Below, in pieces: positions 8,144 through 16,014 of a DNA stretch of 64,000 nucleotides; positions within the stretch are counted from its first letter, which is position 1; every line of letters begins with the position of its first letter. Both the position numbers and the translations under genes were made by a program. The notes beneath the pieces are model-generated. The model saw nothing but the letters and a program-made list of their open reading frames with translations, searched no databases and was not told where the DNA came from. Source of the stretch: an uncultured Candidatus Saccharibacteria bacterium (GTDB lineage: Bacteria; Patescibacteriota; Minisyncoccia; Phycocordibacterales; UBA9973); the NCBI GenBank assembly GCA_964625065.1, contig CAZUZL010000004.1:11040-75039 (forward strand). The letters are read 5' to 3'.

Positions 8144-8941
8144 CTACAACTCATTTACCCCGTCGAACAACTTTGGGTGTTTTTCTGATTCGATTATAAT
8201 GCGGTTCATCATGGCCACTGATTCTACTGGGTATTTGCCCTGGGCAGATTCTTCGGACAGCATTACGGCGTCTGCACCACAGAAAACAGCATATGCAACG
8301 TCGGTAACTTCGGCACGTGTTGGGTTTTCGTTTTCTGTCATGGACAACATCATTTGTGTGGCAACTATTACAGGTTTACCAGCAGTTTTACATTTAGCAA
8401 TTATTTCTTTCTCAACAAAAGGTATTTGTTCTAACGGAACTTCGTTACCCATGTCTCCACGGGCTACCATAATGGCGTCTGCAGATTCTATAATTTCGTC
8501 TATTTTTTCTATGGCAACAGCACGTTCTATTTTAGCTATTATGGGCACTACATAACCGTTTTGTTGCATTAGGTTGCGTAAAATTTGTATATCAGATGCA
8601 GAACCAACATACGACATAGCTACGTAGTCTACTTTTTGTTCTTGGCCAAAATGAAGGTCGCGAATGTCTTTTTCAGTTAGTACATCTGTAGAACCATGTT
8701 TAAATTCATGGCCGTCTGTGGCCTGTACACGCGGGCCTGACAAGTCCTGCACTATTGGTATAGAAATGTTCATTTCGTTTGCTACCTGGCGTACAGTGGC
8801 TATATAGCCAGCATGTTCGGCATATGTACCCCAAGAAAAGTTTAGGCGTACAACACCCAGGTTGTTTTGTGCCATTTTTTGTATTGTTTCTAAGTCTTTA
8901 CTTGCCGGACCAATGGTGGCAACAATTTTTACTGATTTCAT
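8144..8941 (-). CDS. pyk: Pyruvate kinase, minimal form: A-domain TIM barrel only, lacking the B-domain insert and the C-terminal regulatory domain
   Basis: Motifs KIVATIGPAS, RLNFSWG, MVARGDMG, TQMMLSM and NPTRAEVTDVA are conserved. The protein is only 265 aa against about 470 aa usually. The segment DLSGPRVQATDG...DLHFG replaces the roughly 100-aa B domain, and the protein stops right after the A domain. Confidence 0.8.
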   Translation of the reverse strand: MKSVKIVATIGPASKDLETIQKMAQNNLGVVRLNFSWGTYAEHAGYIATVRQVANEMNISIPIVQDLSGPRVQATDGHEFKHGSTDVLTEKDIRDLHFGQEQKVDYVAMSYVGSASDIQILRNLMQQNGYVVPIIAKIERAVAIEKIDEIIESADAIMVARGDMGNEVPLEQIPFVEKEIIAKCKTAGKPVIVATQMMLSMTENENPTRAEVTDVAYAVFCGADAVMLSEESAQGKYPVESVAMMNRIIIESEKHPKLFDGVNEL

Positions 8942-8942
8942 T

Positions 8943-10157
8943 TTATAATGTTATGTTTATTAGTCTGTTATATTTGGCCATTCTTTCGGGTTTTATAGGC
9001 GAACCTGACTTTAAACCAAAGCAAGAAAAAGCATAACATAAATCGGCAATAAAATCATCGTTTGTTTCCCCACTTCTGTGGCTAACTATAAGTTTAATGT
9101 CGTTGTTACTTGCCAGTTGCATGGTTGCTAATGTTTCTGTCAGTGTACCTATCTGGTTTGGTTTTATTATCATGGCATTTATGCTGTTGTTGTCTATGGC
9201 ATGTTGCACAAGTTGTTTGTTTGTAACAGTAAGGTCGTCGCCCATTACAATGGTGCCGGGGTGTTGTTGTTTCAGTTGTGCAAAACTGGCAAAATCTTCT
9301 TCGTTAAACGGGTCTTCTATAGACAATAAATTAAATTCGGCAATCAGTTCTGCATAAAGTTGTACCATATCGGCCGTACTGTAATCCTTGCCATCTATAA
9401 CATACACGCCGTTACTATAAAAAGACGAAGCCGCTACATCTAATGCTAAACGTAGTTTGCCCACGTAGCCGTTTTCGTCTATGGCACGTTGTAGGTATAC
9501 CAGTGGTTTGCGTATGTCTGTAACTGGTGGTGCAAAACCACCTTCGTCGCCCAGCACAAGTTCTGTTACACCAGTGTCAGACTTTATAATATTTTCTAAA
9601 CTACGTTGCACTGCTAGGCCCATGTTTACCGCATCAGCAACACTACTGTCTACTGACACTACATGGTATTCCTGAAAAGCTAAACCGTTTTTTGCATGCT
9701 TGCCACCGTTTACCAGGTTCATGTATATGTGCGGTATTTTTTGTGTTGGTTTTATGTCGGCAAGTTTTTGTAAGTATTCGTATGTTTGCATACCGCTGAT
9801 TGCGGCACCAAGTTTGGCACATGCCACACTAACACCAATGGTGTTGTTTGAACCCAGTTTGTCTTTGTTAGTTGTACCGTCTAGTTGCAACAGTGTTGCG
9901 TCTATACCAGCCTGGTCTAATGCGTCGTGGCCTATTAACACTGGGGCTATAATGCTGTTACATACGTTTATGGCGTTTTGTACACCATGTCCGTCGGCGT
10001 CGCGTAGTTCGTGGGCTTCGTGGGCACCTGTACTGGCACCCGAAGGTACTGCAAACGAACCATGCACATCGCCACAACTAACTGTAACTAACAGTGTTGG
10101 GTTACCACGTGAATCTAATATTTGTTCTGCAATTATGTTTGTTATTTGTGTGTTCAT
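8943..10157 (-). CDS. eno: Enolase (phosphopyruvate hydratase). The start is set at the ATG giving MNTQITNIIAEQILDSRGNPT.
   Basis: ILDSRGNPT and SGASTGAHEA motifs near the N terminus and SHRSGETND near the C terminus. It lies adjacent to pyk. Confidence 0.9.
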   Translation of the reverse strand: MNTQITNIIAEQILDSRGNPTLLVTVSCGDVHGSFAVPSGASTGAHEAHELRDADGHGVQNAINVCNSIIAPVLIGHDALDQAGIDATLLQLDGTTNKDKLGSNNTIGVSVACAKLGAAISGMQTYEYLQKLADIKPTQKIPHIYMNLVNGGKHAKNGLAFQEYHVVSVDSSVADAVNMGLAVQRSLENIIKSDTGVTELVLGDEGGFAPPVTDIRKPLVYLQRAIDENGYVGKLRLALDVAASSFYSNGVYVIDGKDYSTADMVQLYAELIAEFNLLSIEDPFNEEDFASFAQLKQQHPGTIVMGDDLTVTNKQLVQHAIDNNSINAMIIKPNQIGTLTETLATMQLASNNDIKLIVSHRSGETNDDFIADLCYAFSCFGLKSGSPIKPERMAKYNRLINITL

Positions 10158-10158
10158 T

Positions 10159-11439
10159 TTATTTTTCTGTATATAAAACCATAAGGTCTGAAACATTTGC
10201 ACCTGTTGCACCTGTTAACAGCATGTCGCCCGAGGCACTAAACGCTGGGTACACGTCGTCTTTGTCTAAACAGTTTTTAATGTCTACAGCGTGTGTTTTA
10301 AGGTTGTCTATTGTTTGCATGTCTACAACGGCACCTGCGGCGTCAGAATTGTCCATACCGTCTGAAGCTAATGGCAAGAAAACCATACCCGGCTGTATTA
10401 GCCCCATGTCTACAGACTGTAGTGCCATGTACAAATTTCTACCACCAGAACCACCTGTATGTTTAACTTCTAGGTTAGGTTCACCGGCTGCCAGTACAAC
10501 CTGGGCACCAGTAGTTTTTTGTTTATCAAATATTTTGCCCAGGGCAATGTTTGTTTCGTCATATAGTTCAGTAGAAACTATTTCTGTTGTTAGGCCCATA
10601 GATTTTGCCTTTTCTGCCATGGCGTTAACGGCTGTTGTGTTTGAAACTAAAACAAAGTTAAAAACTTTTTCAAAATAAATATTGTCCTTGGGTGTTTCTA
10701 CTAGTTCGTATGTACCCAGTTTTTCTGTGTCTATTATTTTCTGCGCATCGGCAATGGTGGTGTTGTCTTTGTATGTTGGGCCCGAAGCTACGTCGTCAAA
10801 ATGGTCGCCCGGAACGTCTGAAAAAACCAAACCTATAACTGTGGCTGGGTATGCAATTTTAGCCAAGCCACCACCCTTGAGCAAAGACAGGTGTTTACGT
10901 ACAGTGTTCATTTCCATGGTAGTTTTACCTTTTTTAATAAAATTGTCGTAAAGGTAACTACTTTGGTCGCATTCAGATTCGGGGTAACACAACAATGCAG
11001 ACCCACCACCCGAAACAATGGCAATAACCAGGTCGTCTGCACCGGACTGGTCTACAATGTCGAATATTTTTTTGCCTGGTTCTATATTTGCATCTGTTGG
11101 GCGTGGGTGTGTGCCGGCATATGTTTGTATATAGTCGCAAGTAACTTTGTGCAGACCTATAACAGCACCTTCGTTTATTTTATTACCCAGAACTTTTTCC
11201 AGCGCCTGTGCTGCAGTACACGAAGCTTTGCCAAAACCAACAACTTTTATTTTACTGAATTTTGTTAAATCGAAACTATTACCTAAAACTGTCAGTATAT
11301 TGTTTTCTAATTTTACAGAATTTAATATTACTTGTTCTGTATTTATAGCGTCGTAACCCGCATTTGCTATAGCTAGGGCTGTTTTACGCGCGTCAGTAGT
11401 GGCTACATCGGCATAGTTGTTAAACCATTGTTTTTCCAT
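10159..11439 (-). CDS. Glycerate 2-kinase (MOFRL family, GckA/TtuD-like)
   Basis: VSGGGSALL motif, a length of about 425 aa, and a position directly upstream of eno and pyk. Confidence 0.65.
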   Translation of the reverse strand: MEKQWFNNYADVATTDARKTALAIANAGYDAINTEQVILNSVKLENNILTVLGNSFDLTKFSKIKVVGFGKASCTAAQALEKVLGNKINEGAVIGLHKVTCDYIQTYAGTHPRPTDANIEPGKKIFDIVDQSGADDLVIAIVSGGGSALLCYPESECDQSSYLYDNFIKKGKTTMEMNTVRKHLSLLKGGGLAKIAYPATVIGLVFSDVPGDHFDDVASGPTYKDNTTIADAQKIIDTEKLGTYELVETPKDNIYFEKVFNFVLVSNTTAVNAMAEKAKSMGLTTEIVSTELYDETNIALGKIFDKQKTTGAQVVLAAGEPNLEVKHTGGSGGRNLYMALQSVDMGLIQPGMVFLPLASDGMDNSDAAGAVVDMQTIDNLKTHAVDIKNCLDKDDVYPAFSASGDMLLTGATGANVSDLMVLYTEK

Positions 11440-11443
11440 ATAT

Positions 11444-12361
11444 TTATAGGTATTTTTTAATTGTTTCGGCAGAATTTATAAATAAGTCTTTTTCTGTTTG
11501 TGTTAGTTCTACAGGCCACGGTTTTACTACACCAACAGCACCAACAACAGCCGGCGCACCCATACATACTGCATTTACACCGTTATAGTTTTCTAACCTG
11601 TACGAAATAGGCAGAACTTTGTTTTGGTCTAGTAATATAGCTTCTACTATGTCTGTAACTACCATGCCTATACCGTAAAATGTGGCACCTTTTTCTTTGA
11701 TAATTTCGTAAACTTCGTTTTTAACTTCGCCTGTTATAGTTGCCATTTCGTCTACAGAAAGCATTTCTGATATAGGCTTACCAGCTACAGAAACAGTGCT
11801 CCATGCAACTTGTTCGCCGTCGCCATGTTCGCCCATTACAAAACCTTCAACTTGTTTTGCATCAATGTCAAAACGGTGACCCAAGTTTGTACGCAGTCGT
11901 GCAGTGTCTAGGCATGTACCAGTACCAAAAACTTGTGTATGTGGCAGACCAGACAGTTCCTGTACTAGGTAGGTTATAATGTCGACTGGGTTGCTAACAA
12001 CCAGCACAATAGCATTTGGTTTAAAGCCACCTATTTCGGTAATTATACTTGTAGTTATGGTTTTGTTTTTAGTAACAAGGTCCAGGCGGGTTTCGCCTGG
12101 TTTTTGGGCAACACCAGCAGTTAGTATAACAATGTCGGCTGTGCGTGCGTCGGCATATGTACCGTTTACAATGTTGCCTGTTTCAGTAAAAGAAATAGCG
12201 TCGCCCAGGTCCAACACTTCACCATGTTCCTTGTCTATATTTACATCTATTAAAAATATTTCTGCGACTAAGTTTTTGATCAGTAATGCATAGGCAATAG
12301 TAGACCCCACCGCCCCTGCACCAACAACGGCAACTTTTTTAATCGATGTTTCGTTTGTCAT
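11444..12361 (-). CDS. ldh: L-lactate dehydrogenase (LDH/MDH family)
   Basis: VVGAGAVGS Rossmann motif, AGVAQKPGETRLDL with Gln at the substrate-specificity position, and GEHGD. The start is set at MTNETSIKKVAVVGAG. Confidence 0.8.
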   Translation of the reverse strand: MTNETSIKKVAVVGAGAVGSTIAYALLIKNLVAEIFLIDVNIDKEHGEVLDLGDAISFTETGNIVNGTYADARTADIVILTAGVAQKPGETRLDLVTKNKTITTSIITEIGGFKPNAIVLVVSNPVDIITYLVQELSGLPHTQVFGTGTCLDTARLRTNLGHRFDIDAKQVEGFVMGEHGDGEQVAWSTVSVAGKPISEMLSVDEMATITGEVKNEVYEIIKEKGATFYGIGMVVTDIVEAILLDQNKVLPISYRLENYNGVNAVCMGAPAVVGAVGVVKPWPVELTQTEKDLFINSAETIKKYL

Positions 12362-12450
12362 AATGTGTATATTATAGCACATTAAAATACACGAAACACT
12401 CCAAACCATATGCGTGATTTTTTATAAACCATATGTTAGTATACACACAT

Positions 12451-12523
12451 GCGCGGTTAGCTCAGTTGGTAGAGCGCGTCATTGACGTTGACGATGTCAC
12501 AGGTTCGACTCCTGTATCGCGCA
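12451..12523 (+). tRNA. tRNA-Val (anticodon GAC)
   Basis: Acceptor GCGCGGT/ATCGCGC, D arm GCTCAGTTGGTAGAGC, anticodon stem CGTCA/TGACG with loop TTGACGT, T arm ACAGGTTCGACTCCTGT. A short hairpin follows. Confidence 0.75.
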
Positions 12524-12566
12524 CAAAAAAAGCATACGATTTTTACACCATATGCTTTGAATGATT

Positions 12567-13265
12567 TTATTTTACTTTGTCTGGCTGTATGCCAAAAAAC
12601 TCGCTTAGAATAATATCCGTGGCCAAAATTGTTTCATTAACATACCCAATGTTGTTTACAAGACTCCAAGAATTAACTTTGCATTTAATGCGATCTTGTT
12701 TTACATCAAACATTTTTGAAATAATACTTTGCTGATCCACTTTTTTGTCGAACAGGCGTTTTCGAAGGGTTTCGTTTAACTGAATACCTTCTTTGCCAAA
12801 ATTATCCATGTCCACTGGGTCAACGGCATCGAAAAATATTGTTCTAGCACGGTTACCAAAAACTGACTGAAAAAGAATTGCTTCTTCCACACTACATACG
12901 GTCATAGTTCTGATACCTTTTTCATGCAAACGCCTTAACTCTGAACTACTGGTGCCATAGAAATTATTACCAATTTTTTTATGTACCACAATACGTTTTT
13001 CAGCCAATTCTTCGAAGAAATCTTTCTCACTTTTAAAGTAGTAATCTACTCCATAAGTTTCTTTATCAGTACTGTCACGGGTTGTCCACGATACTGATTT
13101 TTTCAAACTCTCTGAAAATCGTTTTTGGATTATTTCAACTATTTTTTCCATATCACTGCCGGCAGTGCCAGTAACAATAAGGATTTTAAAATTTTCAGGC
13201 AAGCCAAATTCAATTAAGTTTTTGTTAACTTGCCAGTTGTCGGGTATTTGTAATTCTTTTATCAT
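12567..13265 (-). CDS. Guanylate-kinase-like protein with a degenerate P-loop
   Basis: TTRDSTDKETYGVDYYF...NNFYGTS matches the guanylate kinase core, but the Walker A position reads TGTAGSDMEK with no Lys-Ser/Thr. Confidence 0.45.
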   Translation of the reverse strand: MIKELQIPDNWQVNKNLIEFGLPENFKILIVTGTAGSDMEKIVEIIQKRFSESLKKSVSWTTRDSTDKETYGVDYYFKSEKDFFEELAEKRIVVHKKIGNNFYGTSSSELRRLHEKGIRTMTVCSVEEAILFQSVFGNRARTIFFDAVDPVDMDNFGKEGIQLNETLRKRLFDKKVDQQSIISKMFDVKQDRIKCKVNSWSLVNNIGYVNETILATDIILSEFFGIQPDKVK

Positions 13266-13328
13266 AACTAAAATGTATTTTTTATTACCCTAACACATAT
13301 ATACACAATAGTAAAGTCCCTGCACGTG

Positions 13329-13850
13329 CTATGGTGCAGGGACTTGGCTCTTAAAAAACACTTTAATTAACTGCCTCATGTGCATAAGGCTGTTTTCTAT
13401 CTGGTCTGCATCATTTATTCTATATGCAATACCAGTTTTTCTTTTTCTTTGCTCGGTAACTAGTGCTATTGTTTTTTCAACATCTTCGTCTGAAAAAGAT
13501 TGTGCTAACAACCTTTCCCTGATTGTTTTGTTTATGTCTATAACACTGTTGTATATATCTAAAATTTCTTGCAAAGTTGTGTTTTTGTCATTCAACTTGT
13601 TACTTAGTTGTGATAAAGGCATTGGTAGCGAATGCACCAAACTTGTTGGGTTCATTACATCAACAAACACCATTAAATCTTTGGGTCTACGTATGTGTTG
13701 ATCTATATTTTCTACATCAACAACAATTATATTAATAGTGTTTTTATACACTTCCTTAAGCATTTCAGCTAATACTGCCTGTTTACCTATATGACCTTTA
13801 TATCCAACTAATACAACTTGGGGTTTTTGGGTTTTATTTTCTTGTTCCAT
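13329..13850 (-). CDS. Hypothetical protein
   Basis: A 173-aa ORF. The VLVGYKGHIGKQ segment is only weakly P-loop-like. Confidence 0.45.
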   Translation of the reverse strand: MEQENKTQKPQVVLVGYKGHIGKQAVLAEMLKEVYKNTINIIVVDVENIDQHIRRPKDLMVFVDVMNPTSLVHSLPMPLSQLSNKLNDKNTTLQEILDIYNSVIDINKTIRERLLAQSFSDEDVEKTIALVTEQRKRKTGIAYRINDADQIENSLMHMRQLIKVFFKSQVPAP

Positions 13851-13925
13851 GTGCTTATTTTTTTATTACAATAGCACACCTAAACACGCTAGTCAAATGA
13901 AGGTTTTTTTGCTATAGTACCCTAC

Positions 13926-15248
13926 ATGAACATCTTGTCTATAGAAACAAGTTGCGACGAAACCGCAATAAGTATAGTTAGTGCAAACAACACTGACAAC
14001 CCAGATTTTAAAATACTAGGCAACACCGTTGCTACCCAAATAGAATTACATGCACAATATGGGGGTGTTTTTCCGATGATGGCAAAACGCGAACACAGCA
14101 AAAACATTATTCCTGTTTTAGTTGAAACTTTAAAGAAGGCTAATTTATATGTGGAAGAACCTCACCCCCGTCCCCTCTCCATAAACAATGGAGAGGGGCA
14201 AAGTTCAATACAAGAAATTCTAACTCGCGAACCTGAACTATTAGTTTTATGTAAAGAATATTTGCCACATATAGGCAAACCAGATGTAGATGTAATAGTT
14301 GTTACCAGTGGCCCAGGCTTAGAACCTGCATTATGGGTTGGTGTAAACTTTGCCAAAGCACTAAGTACACTGTGGAACATACCTGTGGTACCTGTAAACC
14401 ACATGGAAGGCCACATAATGAGCCCTATACTAACCGCGGACGGCACAATAAACGTTGAATTCCCTGCATTAGCGTTACTGATCAGTGGTGGCCATACAGA
14501 ACTAGTTTTAGTAAACAACTGGATGGACTATAAAAAAATAGGCCAAACACGCGACGACGCTGTCGGTGAAGCTTTCGACAAAGTTGCCCGCATGATGGAC
14601 CTACCCTACCCAGGTGGCCCGCAGATTTCAAAGTTAGCGGAAGAATGGCGGAATCTCCTCCTTAATCAAGGAGGAGTACCCGTAGGGGGAGGTGGTAACG
14701 AAATAAGTCACCACCCCGTCAGTAGTCGGCCTTTGAATGGAACGTTAGGCCGACACGATTCCGCAGAATCGACCCCTCCTCCACAAGGAGGGGAAATTAA
14801 ACTTCCCCGCCCAATGCTACACAGCAACGATTACGATTTTTCTTTCTCTGGTTTAAAAACAGCCGTGTTGTATGCAATTCAAGACATTAAAAAAGACGGC
14901 GGCGTACTAAATGACGACACTAAAAAACAAATAGCCTGTGAATTTGAAAACGCAGCAACAGATGTGCTATTAGCAAAAACATTCCGGGCCATAGTCGAAT
15001 ACGGCGTACAAACACTACTTATCGGTGGTGGTGTTGCTGCAAACAAATTTATTAAAAAATCTTTTACTGAAAAACAAACTGCCGAATACCCAGACCTAAA
15101 AATACTGTTACCTGAAAAAGACTTGTCTACAGACAACGCCCTAATGATAGCCATTGCTGGTTACTATAGGTACCAACACATCATGGCAGGCAACAAAAAA
15201 TTCCCACTAACCTTTGTGGCTAATGGGAATTGGGGGGTTGATTCTTAA
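13926..15248 (+). CDS. tsaD: tRNA N6-threonylcarbamoyladenosine synthase TsaD (Kae1/YgjD), carrying two in-frame insertions of palindromic repeat DNA
   Basis: IETSCDET, HMEGH, SGGHT, AVGEAFDKVAR, YPGGP, DFSFSGLKT and GGGVAANK are conserved. The protein is 440 aa against about 340 aa usually. The extra segments map to hairpin-rich DNA at 14155-14290 and 14650-14800. Confidence 0.9.
   Translation: MNILSIETSCDETAISIVSANNTDNPDFKILGNTVATQIELHAQYGGVFPMMAKREHSKNIIPVLVETLKKANLYVEEPHPRPLSINNGEGQSSIQEILTREPELLVLCKEYLPHIGKPDVDVIVVTSGPGLEPALWVGVNFAKALSTLWNIPVVPVNHMEGHIMSPILTADGTINVEFPALALLISGGHTELVLVNNWMDYKKIGQTRDDAVGEAFDKVARMMDLPYPGGPQISKLAEEWRNLLLNQGGVPVGGGGNEISHHPVSSRPLNGTLGRHDSAESTPPPQGGEIKLPRPMLHSNDYDFSFSGLKTAVLYAIQDIKKDGGVLNDDTKKQIACEFENAATDVLLAKTFRAIVEYGVQTLLIGGGVAANKFIKKSFTEKQTAEYPDLKILLPEKDLSTDNALMIAIAGYYRYQHIMAGNKKFPLTFVANGNWGVDS
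14172..14198. repeat. Perfect 10-bp-stem hairpin inside tsaD (first in-frame insertion)
   Basis: cccctctcc-ataaacaa-tggagagggg. The same stem type occurs at 51927-51949 (ccctctcc...ggagaggg). Confidence 0.6.
14650..14800. repeat. Palindromic dispersed repeat, copy B, inserted in-frame in tsaD
   Basis: Five consecutive hairpins: ctcctcc/ggaggag, ggtgg...ccacc, cggcct-ttgaatggaacgtt-aggccg, cgattccgcagaatcg, cccctcc/ggagggg. The core ggccgacacgattccgcagaatcg matches copy C at 54746-54790. Confidence 0.65.
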
Positions 15249-15249
15249 T

Positions 15250-15963
15250 TTAGAACATCTTGATTTTATCCTCATTGTTTACTTTTGCTATAAACGCCGG
15301 ATCAAATTCAGACTTATCTGCATCAAAATACGGGAACTTTCTAGAAAGATCGTTCAGCATGTCACTGCATGGTCCTAAATAAAACTTACTGGGTGATTTT
15401 TTAAAATCGACCTCTTCATTGGTGATTATAAAATTTGACAAGGCTAAGCATTTGTCTAAGTCAGGAAACTCAGAAGCCTCTAATTCCTTAAAATAGTCAA
15501 AACTATAACCTTTCAGCGGTTCTTCCATTTGAGATCGTTTATAACGAACTTCCTTGCTTGCATCAATGCCAACAACTATACCACCTATTGACCGAAAAAA
15601 TTCAATCTCAGTAGCATTTTTTAAAGACCGTACAAACACCACACTTCGATTAACGATCTTATCTAATTTAAGACCCTTAACAAAGTAGGCATTACCATAA
15701 AGGTGTCGCATAGTATTCATGTATTCACGAATTTCTGCTTTGTTTTCCGAGTTTATAACATGCCCAGAAGACATCTTAGAATCAAAGGCAGCAAAAGCCG
15801 ACAATGAATAAACTTCGGTACAACTTAACCTACTAGAAATATATTCTACATAGGCTCTTTTACCAGCATAAATTGGTCCAGTAACAGCTAGAAGGATCGG
15901 TTTTTCAATGAGTATTGTCATAAAAATAGCGTTTAGGTTTTTTATATAATAACACCTAGGCAT
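15250..15963 (-). CDS. P-loop NTPase-like hypothetical protein, possibly a nucleoside/nucleotide kinase-like fold
   Basis: LAVTGPIYAGKRA resembles a Walker A motif. No further assignment is possible. Confidence 0.45.
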   Translation of the reverse strand: MPRCYYIKNLNAIFMTILIEKPILLAVTGPIYAGKRAYVEYISSRLSCTEVYSLSAFAAFDSKMSSGHVINSENKAEIREYMNTMRHLYGNAYFVKGLKLDKIVNRSVVFVRSLKNATEIEFFRSIGGIVVGIDASKEVRYKRSQMEEPLKGYSFDYFKELEASEFPDLDKCLALSNFIITNEEVDFKKSPSKFYLGPCSDMLNDLSRKFPYFDADKSEFDPAFIAKVNNEDKIKMF

Positions 15964-16014
15964 AAAAATGTCAAAACATTCGCCCTAACTGTGGAAAAGT
16001 GCTATAATCGCCTT

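Noticed and set aside
8058-10678. Numerous 60-190-aa ORFs antisense to pyk, eno and glycerate kinase (for example 8058-8555, 9097-9357, 9700-10176 and 10094-10678)
   Set aside because: They are shadow ORFs on the strand opposite to strongly supported conserved genes. They have low-complexity Ser/Cys/Thr-rich translations, no independent signals, and no intergenic space.
14150-14800. tsaD extra segments read as an intein or a self-splicing intron
   Set aside because: The segments are short (about 30 and 45 aa) and in-frame with no stops. They lack intein block motifs and lack a terminal Cys/Ser...His-Asn. The flanks align directly to contiguous TsaD sequence. DNA-level palindromic repeats explain them better.
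15991-16014. N-terminal extensions suggested by ORF-track starts at 15991 (valS), 32240, 20364, 19635 and 611
   Set aside because: These ORF-track starts are GTG or TTG codons. Several fall inside -10 promoter boxes. A downstream ATG preceded by a TATAAT-like box at -6 is the more plausible start in each case.
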